Source: an uncultured Bacteroidia bacterium
GTDB lineage: Bacteria; Bacteroidota; Bacteroidia; Bacteroidales; ML635J-15
DNA: 64,000 bases
Assembly (NCBI GenBank): GCA_902776565.1
Contig: CACYQN010000008.1
Coordinates: 89,526-153,525 of the forward strand
Reading direction: 5' to 3'
Below the pieces are notes generated by a model. The model saw only the letters and a list, made by a program, of their open reading frames with translations, had not been told where the DNA came from and did no database searches. Each line of letters opens with the position of its first letter. The stretch's first letter is position 1. This document shows, piece by piece, positions 57,201-61,900 of this stretch. Position numbers and translations under genes: made by a program.

Positions 57201-58321
57201 TAAAGTACCGTGCCGCAGTTATGGGACGGCAGTCTAACGACATAAATGTAAGCATATCGGCTGTTGCTCCCGAATGTGAGGCTGTACAGCAAATCAGCAT
57301 TGTAACCGACACATTCCACACCGTAACATTGGATTGGCAGCCGGTAGAACTCGGTGACTACGAAAATATTTCGTACTTTGTTTACAACGCTGCATCGCAG
57401 TATCCGATTGATACGCTGAGCGGTACGACAGTAACATACGACGGACTTCCAGTAGGTGAACATTGCTTCTATGTACGCGCACTTTCGTCGTCGAACTACA
57501 CCTGTCTGTCGGAAGCTTCCGATACGGTTTGTGCCGAAATCCAGAACATTCCTTGCAATGTTTCGCTGATTGTAGAAGCAAGGAACGACGGCGAAGCGAT
57601 AACAATTTCGTGGAATATGCCAGTCGGTGTTGACTACTTTAATATATATAGGTATAGCGAACCGCTTGCAGAGCATCTCACATCTACGACATTTGTCGAT
57701 ACTGATGTTGAGCCGGAAACCGACTACTGCTACATTATCATTGCCCATTTCGAAAACGGAATATGCGGTGAAATATCGGCAACTGTATGCACAAGGATTA
57801 CCGGTGACGGATGCGCCGAAGCACCTGTCCTGACAGCCGAAGCGCTTGGTGCTTATGTTGCCCTTGAGTGGACAGGAAATGGAGCACTCAGCTATAGTGT
57901 ATTCAGGGATAATGAATTTGTCGGAACAACCGATGGTTTATCTTATATGGATAATGTCCCCGAATCTGGCAATTACTGCTACCGCGTTGAAAGCACTTGC
58001 GAATATGGAATGTACAACTCGTCGAACGAAGCCTGCGTATCGGCCGAAGTTAGCGAAGAAGGTGATGCAATCGACGAATGGTCTGCCGACAACCTGACCC
58101 TTTATCCGAACCCGACCTACGGTCAGTTCTTCATCGAGGGACAGCGTATTGCAGTAGTACAGATTTTCAACGCAGCAGGAATGCTTGTTACTGAAATAGA
58201 AAATACCGAAGTCGAACGCATTACCATCAACTGCGATGGTTGGAATCCGGGAATATACAATGTCCGCATTATCTCGGCAGAAGGCGAATCGGCAACACGG
58301 AAGGTGACGATATTTAGATAG
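42221..58321 (+). CDS. Giant (5366-aa) modular T9SS type-A cargo / surface adhesin-like protein
   Basis: Uninterrupted ORF with signal peptide ...LAAALCAAFLFLMSFSSFGQ. It contains Fn3-like, lectin-like (FISUMP x3 plus one related), MAM/choice-of-anchor-J-like x3, GLUG-repeat, Ig-like, 17+1 SprB-type repeats, CDS..W.G.TYT repeats and a CarboxypepD_reg-like module. The T9SS CTD reads LTLYPNPTYGQFFIEG...IYNVRIISAEGESATRKVTIFR. Confidence 0.9.
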   Translation: MNKLDMCFSTKNNTNMDKIHRNSLAAALCAAFLFLMSFSSFGQMVTTIAVDEGDLTSTSAVLKGHFENNEGIAVTSYGFKYSDNAMSLSNDLPADYTGDPFSATLTGLTPGTTYYYRAYVYTDAQGQINGSVESFTTPTGSSNPTAGGSVNWITIGGGPGNNTNLPVNIYYKYSLSQQIYTPAEIGRAGTIERIAFYNNTDNIARTIDLYMFTSDRQSFTSTTDWETVSSSDRVFSGEVTFLSGEWTEIALTTPFEYDGVSNLIVVTDDNTAYDATTQRFLTFEASGQSIYVNGDDTDFDPTDLSSTTAIGLEDVKNQIKLGFTSTNPTFEYVDLGLPSGTKWATMNIGAERPEDFGTYFAWGETSPKTVYDWESYIYADGDSDSDPQLTKYCNDSGLGITDALTELETGDDAATAILGSNWRMPTYDEVIELREYCEHVFTTQNGVAGTLVTGPNNQSIFIPAAAGRYYNNLILSEGTGSYWSSSLDTDDPTKAQGLSLGSDGFGTITSPRYFGLPIRPVYDPSQTANNNSEDVIYECDFEDDTEIANWTLNTGGQTNHWEIGIPSMTNAEKSLYITNGNGNEYTNTSASYAYAYREVEITEAGNYQFEFDWMANGESNYDNLRAFFIPTTASPNLTDGESNGMTSSNNDAPTGWIDLYSQSGIMAGQSDWQHNTKSLSIDVTGTYYLVFFWKNDSGDGNNPPAAVDNIVVSREQQTNANTFTDNRDGKTYSYVTIGNQTWMAENLRYEGNIPLGSSTSTTEAYRYNPNDDADNVATYGYLYNWTAAMNSESSSASNPSGVQGICPNGWHLPSIDEWLELADALDGDTDKGSQLAGHSDLWTAQALTNSTYFGASGFDALPAGYYGGAYQGIGRNTYFWCATESALNNSSAFYQGISYDYTTLSNSGGQAYSGKDYAYSVRCVKDADQTADNYQCGFDDDTEIANWTIQGVNSGQTNYWTIGMTEQGEANLNSLFVTNDGGSYSYTNTSTSAVYAYRSLSFTERLNYNISFDWQCNGESNYDYLRAFLIPTSAEPNLSAGNEIANGHTETPNGWIDINNGRMNQAGREWMHADKTMIIEPGDYYLVFYWRNDDGAGDNPPAAVDNIRIVKLSCPPVTDITASEITTESATLTWTEIGSAGSWEVIVSETELTDTELETNNNVTTVSSPSYSATGLEQAHTYYIYVRAACSSDEKSRWASGEFSSAFCAAEDMCEIRYELEDSYGDGWNDNTLNVVDASTGDVLASWTIQDGSSASGTLAVCDGRDIRFEYVGDNFTNETSYKVYDVNGDLIFEGSDKFTDPIHYMMSCSSCLSVNNLMATGVNDESATISWGDRNSTGTWEFIVSDQNLSGLELDGATVQTLTDSTYSLSGLTPTTIYYVYVRSVCSAEEKSGWKSLTFRTTQVPAQIPYSYGFEDESENAIWTLNVGASNGWSVGEAAYNDGSKGLYVSNDNGASNSYDTGSETSIYAYRTLNVPELCYYSVSFDWMAKGESGYDYLRAFMVPTSLNADLSSGVQNEINVSSTPANWIELYSNGGKMNDSDSWQTNTIEVALEQGLYNLVFYWRNDNGGGEIPPAAIDNISVTKLVPFRLSAQVQPGWGSTAATLEGNIDFLGEVQTLTAGFEFGVDNTHFADSVPVVSSDGTFSHEFTGLDAQTIYYYRAFVIYNDEPVYSDIAQFKTRNNDNGTESSPLIIESETDWGEFVAAIQNGAGSGADAAGDYKGSEIVDGALGMYFKIGNDFTLTSSNITVNGFKGILLGDGKTITLDNSAGYGTDFKGLFSTIYNATIDSLNVLVAQSITIPSPETSDNNGFGLLCSEAYSSSVISNCTLSGGENILLNCNEARFGVGALVGSVNDATITNCTNNLDVDGYYVAGIAGLMKGGTISKCTNNAAIKSETEGYYVGGIVYSIEGNVQSTITECLNTGALTSGGIAGGIVARINGSNSTISKCMNIGQITTNYTDWSTGEYAGGIVGGSRMSSTITNNANYGSFGRLSSNIGGIAGNNMTSLSKNVSAPVYLSESIAGNSSYNIFATMSVSVDNYETANEEDDDFFDEQIGDIKVDSLRLRFASHATAMPTSDMVGSALSSSLSSENWIFTNGLYPMPAGIPESPKTTVARIPMYLAENETVFGVMSNFTVPTTISGQTVEWTSSSPDVIAISDGSATVTRPASGEADVDVTLTATCQGETKSFIVRVIGPKQVPVLTEGATVGTSVILNGEFGSEAEGIITYTKEYGFKYGKESDLSDAVNLVSTNLGIDLHESTRFTAVINDFDDSKYYYAAYATTADATTLGEIKSFKKSTAPEVIAKYPMWRTNSEATIEFDITLNDGEEFYGVESAFHYGTERTNLNLTGIINYDDDYGYYSTDLSNLTADTKYYYMAEVSNDLGTTRSDTLEFLTCGTMTDSRDGTQYYTIRIGNQTWMAQNLKYAGNIPQGSETSSTDAYRYNPDDFSDAVDEYGYLYNWAATMNGENPTNENPSSVQGICPSGWHLPSDAEWTQLTDYLGGTGNAGVMLAGQPAAQDRYWQTSDMTMSVTFGKSGFNALPAGYYVGTNYSSFGSGTGFWSATENTSEYAYVRSIYYESTSMDRNYDNKVKGNSVRCVKGSVVYAYDTLPYCGESYTYHDTVITASGDYTVRIQNGETENIYKLHLTLYPALVPTISSYSNGCYGENNGYVEVGVSGGAGTYTYNWSTPDMQTDARLSNLADGEYTVTVTDAAGCTATISQTLITPGELTASVSGNNPNCYGDQTTLTANANGGTTDYSYAWSSGESTSSITVSPTATTTYTVTVTDANNCTVVASKNIVVNTELTVSISGDTEVQCFGDITASLTATANGGSMAMGYTYAWSNSQSGQIISTLGAGNYSVTVTDGNSCTASASTTITGPSAALSINISATNNTLTCSNLSATITATVTGGTEGYTYNWSNSGTNNTSEVTAPGSYTVTVTDANGCSVEAAQTITEDKTAPTVTIDNNETELNCNRTSITLTATGSDASYVWSNGGTNAANTVTAPATYTVTATGANGCTSDASTTITQVDNPTVSVTSAEIQCYGESTTFTANANGGAAPYTYSWQDDLGSGQTLEAQAGTYAVTVTDNNGCTASANGTASQPTQLTASITDTDFTLTCSNTSVTLTASVTGGTSGYTYNWSNNESNGSLVVTEPGTYVVTVTDANGCTTMASQSVMQDVAVPTVSISSDATELNCNRTSITLTASAEGTGVTYQWSNGGNTAVNNVTAPATYTVTATGSNGCTSDASTTITQVDNPTVSVTSSEIQCYGESTTFTANANGGAAPYTYSWQDDLGSGQTLEAQAGTYAVTVTDNNGCTASANGTASQPTQLTASISSPTNVSCNGASDGSATVTANGGTTDYTYLWSNAATTPTVNGLAAGTYNVTITDANSCVATASITVNEPEELISELSAGTIACNGSTTDITNAVSGGTTPITYNWSNGANTQNLTGVVAGTYSVTVRDNNSCSVVREITITQPNVLTVSVNAGSVACNGSTTTASAVVSGGTEPYEYQWSNSATTQTITDIIAGTYSVTVTDDNGCSTNAFTTITQPDALAVTISGSTSVCEGTTTTLTANVQGGTADFTYSWSNGETTNAITTPQLTVATEYSVTVTDANNCIVSTNVNVEIGDTPGIEISQVSAICVGNEVMLQANVSNAGSDYTVQWSSSDTGAGLPDITYTETITVTPTAAGIYTYTASLTATSCSDGQPFNSSANVQLTVNELPDAAITNNTNETTITCSTTEISLTATGGTNYVWSNGVETADNNITAAGNYTVTVTDANGCSNTESIVITEDVVAPTVSIINSTGTTLLTCTTTAINVEAQGTGTSYLWSNDTITATNTFTEAGTYFVTATAENGCSSSASLAITQPETLTATASAEPLGNDNTTSASVTVNGGTAPYNYLWSNGETSQTINNISVGTYSVTVTDANDCSVTSSVAISLSEVTAYYPARTTTSAELKAKIVGSEDLESYKFYFGTARNNLAEVNESMTSFNNEDSTIIAYVSDLTAETRYYYVAEVTNSYGTSYSDTISFYTYGQITDDRDGNQYYTIQIGEQKWMAENLRATRFANGIEISLGTSISSTEPYRYYPNGDEANAAGYGYLYNWTAVMNGENSSNANPSGVQGICPNGWHVPSNAEWTQLTNYVGSEYACGGDSNQITKALSANTGWITYSNPCAPGDNQNLNNASGFNALTAGHFSGSYGAFGEGPYFWTATENDESRAQCLTWNYSTREVQVSGGNDKYSSFSIRCVKGSMTYVYDTVNFCGEEYAYHDTTYTESGDYVRQINISEDVDSTFYLHLTMFDELVATISDYNNGCYGQDNGFATVSAEGGSEPYNYAWNNGATTQTANGLGSGTYNITITDANGCIAISSVEITQPDAITSSFAETACDSYEWNGTTYTETDDYTQTFLAANGCDSIVTLHLTINNATTGIDTQVACDSYTWIDGVTYTESTDVPTFTLSNAEGCDSVVTLHLTINHSNTGIDEQTACDSYEWIDGVTYTESTDAPTFTLTNAEGCDSIVTLHLTINNSNTGEFADQMCSGVPYVYEGETFTEAGTYTVTLVNSHGCDSIVTLTLTYSNTCGGIVSGIVTDENTGDAIPNAKVTIGNRVTRTNAEGQYSLEVIRGLKALRVSATGYISYSRTVDIQSDTTFNASLNSPQIHTDTDSIIVSSYPYLEQSDSITLSNNGNGTLVWSSITEYDNLELIEDSTIQRRNTRSLWDSIQTFATRENAEQAIATDGFFIYTASWMRPGEFNRYTPNGEYVETFYVENVGSIRNLSYDGTYFYGTEATNIIFKIDLDNQMLVDSIETDIPEIRHCSFNRQDGSLLAGSWNSLYRIDTASGTSQQIRDDLANVYSSAFDNLSAGGPYLWLFSQTSQNNGPSACIRQFNISTGEYTSKTHYLDDINLTNSSLAGGICASEYVCEGRFVLLADVQNPAGSNTIATYEIGRTSNVVKTGKKSGMIEPNGSESISVKANATATGDYTATIKYRAAVMGRQSNDINVSISAVAPECEAVQQISIVTDTFHTVTLDWQPVELGDYENISYFVYNAASQYPIDTLSGTTVTYDGLPVGEHCFYVRALSSSNYTCLSEASDTVCAEIQNIPCNVSLIVEARNDGEAITISWNMPVGVDYFNIYRYSEPLAEHLTSTTFVDTDVEPETDYCYIIIAHFENGICGEISATVCTRITGDGCAEAPVLTAEALGAYVALEWTGNGALSYSVFRDNEFVGTTDGLSYMDNVPESGNYCYRVESTCEYGMYNSSNEACVSAEVSEEGDAIDEWSADNLTLYPNPTYGQFFIEGQRIAVVQIFNAAGMLVTEIENTEVERITINCDGWNPGIYNVRIISAEGESATRKVTIFR
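43207..43790 (+). other. Lectin-like module related to FISUMP/DUF1566 (within giant gene 1)
   Basis: YVDLGLPSGTKWATMNIGA...YFAWGET...DDAATAILGSNWRMPT..E..EL...IFIPAAG.....YWSSS...GLPIRPV. The same module type occurs twice in giant gene 2. Confidence 0.5.
43821..44365 (+). other. MAM/choice-of-anchor-J-like ~180-aa module, copy 1 of 3 (others ~45012-45555 and ~46440-46980)
   Basis: The shared pattern is CDFEDD.E.ANWT...Q.N.W.IG...YAYR...FDW..NGES.YD.LRAF.IPT...YYLVF.W.ND.G...PPAAVDNI. The family name is from memory. Confidence 0.5.
44385..44998 (+). other. FISUMP (TIGR02145-like) domain, copy 1 of 3 (others ~49425-50030 and ~54350-55000)
   Basis: F.D.RDG..Y..V.IGNQTWMAENLRY...YGYLYNW.AAM....GICPNGWHLPS..EW..L...GF.ALPAG...FW.ATE...VRCVK. 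Confidence 0.75.
47280..48260 (+). other. GLUG-motif / beta-helix-like repeat region
   Basis: There are about 25-30-aa repeats of I..C.N.G.I......GGI(V/A)G (VGALVG, AGIAGL, GGIVYS, AGGIVA, AGGIVGG, GGIAGN). Confidence 0.55.
50180..54060 (+). repeat. In-frame array of 17 SprB-type ~75-aa repeats
   Basis: I counted the units by eye. Each contains C.G....L.A...GG...Y.Y.WS.G......V...G.Y.VTVTD.NGC. Confidence 0.85.
51100..52235 (+). repeat. 675-nt (225-aa, three-unit) intragenic tandem duplication
   Basis: 51287-51560 and 51962-52235 differ at only 4 positions that I could find. This is mirrored by duplicated antisense ORFs in the track (51212..51472 and 51956..52147). Confidence 0.9.
55385..55985 (+). 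repeat. Four ~46-aa 'CDSY.W.G.TYTES....T..N..GCDS.VTLHLTIN' repeats
   Basis: Read directly from the translation (ACDSYEWNGTTYTETDDY...GCDSIVTLHLTIN x4). Confidence 0.8.
58085..58318 (+). other. T9SS type-A C-terminal sorting domain of giant gene 1
   Basis: WSADNLTLYPNPTYGQFFIEGQRIAVVQIFNAAGMLV...WNPGIYNVRIISAEGESATRKVTIFR. Confidence 0.85.
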
Positions 58322-58332
58322 GCGAAAAGTCG

Positions 58333-58396
58333 AAAAGGCTAACAGGCTTGCAGTCTGACAGATTGACTGGTTTTCTGCAAGACTGTTAGCCTTTTT
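58333..58396. repeat. Quasi-palindromic 'ctgttagcc' element, copy 2 (terminator-like)
   Basis: aaaaggctaacaggcttgcag...ctgcaagactgttagccttttt is a long imperfect hairpin plus a T run, 12 nt after the stop. Confidence 0.75.
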
Positions 58397-58454
58397 ATCG
58401 TGCAAAAAAATGTAAAAATCATCGCTTTGTTCGTGCAAAAAAATGTATTTTAAT

Positions 58455-58655
58455 ATGAAGCGATTATTATTCAACGACTTATCAAAATGGAAAAATAGTA
58501 ACAACAGAAAGCCTTTGATTTTGAATGGATCGCGTCAGGTTGGAAAGACTTGGTTGCTTCAAAATTTGAAAGGTATTAGATTCTCAATGAAACCACACAT
58601 CGACCAAGGCTGGATGGAAAATGTACCATTGTATGCACTTGAGACGGTAATGTAG
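58455..58655 (+). pseudogene. Relic of an AAA ATPase (AAA_14/DUF4143-type) gene with the middle deleted
   Basis: MKRLLFNDLSKWKNSNNRKPLILNGSRQVGKTWLLQ (N-terminus with Walker A) is joined after about 10 aa to ...GWMENVPLYALE (a typical C-terminal end). The total is 66 aa, against about 400 aa for intact members as I recall. Confidence 0.55.
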
Positions 58656-58670
58656 GGAGACGAAATGTCT

Positions 58671-58741
58671 AAAAGGCGAACAGGCTTGCAGTCCAACAGA
58701 CCGACAGTCTGACTGGTCTTCTGCAAGACTTTTAGCCTTTT
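58671..58741. repeat. Quasi-palindromic 'ctgttagcc' element, copy 3
   Basis: aaaaggcgaacaggcttgcagtcc...gactggtcttctgcaagacttttagcctttt. Confidence 0.75.
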
Positions 58742-58874
58742 CATTATGCAGAAAATTCCATACAACCCGCTTTTTTTTGTCCCTAAAAATACAATTTCGT
58801 CACAATTGTCATCCAATAAAATACAAACAAAATCCCATAACTACATCTTTCTCAATATTTTAGCACCCCACAAA

Positions 58875-58904
58875 TTATCAATTGTCAATTATCCATTGTC
58901 AATT
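58875..58904 (+). promoter_or_regulatory. Two overlapping direct copies of the TTATyCATTGyyCAWT motif upstream of giant gene 2
   Basis: ttatcaattgtcaatt lies at 58875-58890 and ttatccattgtcaatt at 58889-58904. Confidence 0.45.
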
Positions 58905-58950
58905 TATAAAAAAATCCACTTTTTGTTAAATGTTAATTCAAAAATCTTTT

Positions 58951-58958
58951 TATATTTG
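58951..58958 (+). promoter_or_regulatory. -7 box TATATTTG for giant gene 2
   Basis: tatatttgtggcttcac is paralogous to the giant gene 1 promoter. Confidence 0.5.
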
Positions 58959-58993
58959 TGGCTTCACCGTGGACAAATATACACTTTAATACA

Positions 58994-61900
58994 ATGAATA
59001 ACTCATATATGAGGTTTCTTAACCAAAACAACAATAGTATGGACAATATCCAAAAGCATTTTTCTGCTGCAGCATTGTGTGCTGCTTTTTTGTTTTTTAC
59101 CGCATTTGCATCGTTCGGGCAGAATGTGATTTATTCCTGCGACTTCGAGGATGCAACCGAAAACGCCAACTGGATTCTCGCAAATGGTGACCAGACAAAC
59201 CAGTGGTACATTGGCACGGCGGCAAACAACGGAGGTAGCAACGGATTGTACATATCTAACGACGGAGGTACAAGCAATGCCTACGACAATACCTCAACTT
59301 CCTATGTATATGCCTACCGCGAAATAAATTTCACGGAGAACGCATGGTATAACTTTGAACTAGACTGGCGTGGATATGGACAATACTACTACGACATTAT
59401 GAATATGTTTTTAATCCCCACTTCTGTCAATCCCGACCTGTCGGCTGGTAATGCCAATGGTATGGAATACTCTCCATATTCCACACCATCGGAATGGATA
59501 GTGATATTGGGAGCACAGTCTGAATATCAAGAATGGCAACACGCCTTTATTGAACAGGAAATCGAAGCTGGAACATACTATCTTGTCCTATTCTGGAAAA
59601 ACAATAATTCATACGGCGATAACCCGCCAGCGGCTATCGACAACATCAGCATTGCTAAGAACAATTGTGTGTCTATATCCAATGTGTGGGTAGAAGACGT
59701 TGAGGCAGAATCGGCTACAATAGTCTGGGAAGAACGCGGAACGGCTACAAGCTGGGATATTGTCATTTCTCTCGATTATCTTGAAGATGCTGACCTCGAA
59801 TCAGCAGATTTCATAACAGTTACCGATATGACATATTCGCTTACAGGACTTGAACCACTGACCTACTATTATATATATGTCCGTGCGGCCTGTTCCAACA
59901 ACGAACACAGCCTGTGGAAAAGTACAAGTTTCGAAACACCTCGCATTCCAGCCACATTGCCCTATTCATTCGGTTTTGAGGATGACACAGAAAATGCCAA
60001 CTGGGAACTTTCCGACGAAGCAGACAACTTGTGGGCTATAGGCACGGCAGTAAGCAACGGCGGAGAAAAAGGCTTGTACATTTCCGAAAACCGTGGCATA
60101 AGCAATACTTATAACAATTCAAAGCAATCATACGCGTATGCATTCCGAACTATTAATATAACCGAACCCGACGAATATCAGTTCGACTTCGACTGGCGAG
60201 CAAACGGCGGTGATTCTGGATACGACCTTCTGAGAGCCTTTGTCATTCCTACCTCGCTCGACCCAAGCATAAGTTATGGTTACCACAATGATATGTATTC
60301 CAATTATAACGATGCACCTTCGGGCTGGATAGATGCAAGCGCGGACGGACTGATGAGCGGACAGCCGAGATGGCAACACAGTTCAAAAGTCCTTGACCTC
60401 GATGCTGGGACATATTATTTCGTGTTTTTCTGGAAAAACAGTGATGGAGGCGATGGAAACAATCCGCCTGCCGCCATCGACAACATTAGCATACAGAGAG
60501 TTATAAATCCTGCTGTTGCCACATTTTCTGTTACTGGCCTAAACTCTACTTCGGCGACTTTGCACGGCAACATATTAAGTCAGGGAACTTCTTATATTAC
60601 GGCGCGTGGATTCGAGTATGGCACCGACAGCGAAAACCTTTCTGAAAACACACAAAGCACCGACGACACAGATGAATTCTCTTCTACAATTACTGGACTT
60701 GCACCCAACACAACCTACTACTACCGGGCATACGCAACCAACAGCGAAGGTACTGGCTACGGAACAATAAAATCGTTCACAACCAATGGCTCGTATAGTG
60801 GATTCGATTTTGTTGACCTCGGCTTGCCGAGCAAAACATACTGGGCGACAATGAATATAGGAGCAACCTCTACCGAAGATATGGGCGACTATTTTGCTTG
60901 GGGCGAAACAACGCCAAAGGATACATACGAGTGGAGCACATACCAATATTGTAACGGAAGTGATGAGTCTATGACCAAGTATTGCAACAACCCAGACTTC
61001 GGCGACAACGGTTTCACCGACAACTTGACAACCCTCGAAGCAAGCGACGATGCCGCAACAGCCAACTGGGGCAGTGGATGGCGTATGCCTATAGCCGACG
61101 AAGCGGAAGAATTGTACACATATTGTTCTCATGTATGGACAACTCAGAATGGTGTTACAGGCCGCCTGTTTACAGGACCTAACGGGAGAAGCATTTTCTT
61201 GCCTGGCATATATAATGGTATGTCGAACCACTACTGGACGAATTCTCTATATTCGAGCTATCCAAGCGAAGCAACTACTCTTCTTTTCGGTTCTGGCACT
61301 AGAGCGGAGTTAGGTGATTATTACCGATACGATGGGTTACCAGTGCGGGCAGTTTACAGGGTGGCACCTTACTTGGCAACTGTTTCACAATCCAATGTAA
61401 CACTATCTTCGGCAACCTTGAGCGGATTCTTCTACGACAACGGAAATTCGGATGTTATTGAACGCGGATTCCAATATGGTACCAATCCCGATAACCTCAC
61501 CGAAACCATACAGAGCGAACTGGGGGCAAACGAATTTACCGCTACGCTTACAGGTCTTGCCCCCAATACGACCTACTACTACCGTGCATACGCAACAAAC
61601 AGCGACGATACCGGCTATGGCGAAATAAAATCTTTTAGGACACCGAGCGGTCAATTGGGCGACCACTACTATGTTAACCTTGGCTTGCCAAGCGGCACAA
61701 TGTGGGCTACTTGTAATGTAGGTGGAACAAATTTCGAAGATTTAGGAAACGAATATGCTTGGGGCGAAACAACAACTAAGGATGAATATACCCAGAACAA
61801 TTACACATATTCCGACAATCCAGCAACGCTTCCTGCCGATGCCGATGCCGCTGCAGTAAACTGGAACGAAGACTGGGTTATGCCAACTCAGGCAGATATG

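Noticed and set aside
55409-57748. Long minus-strand ORFs inside giant gene 1 (271 aa at 55409-56224 and 307 aa at 56825-57748), as possible antisense genes
   Set aside because: Their translations are Cys/Arg/Val-rich and low in complexity with no recognisable motifs. The sense frame carries clear conserved domains. Long antisense ORFs are expected in long genes with this codon bias.
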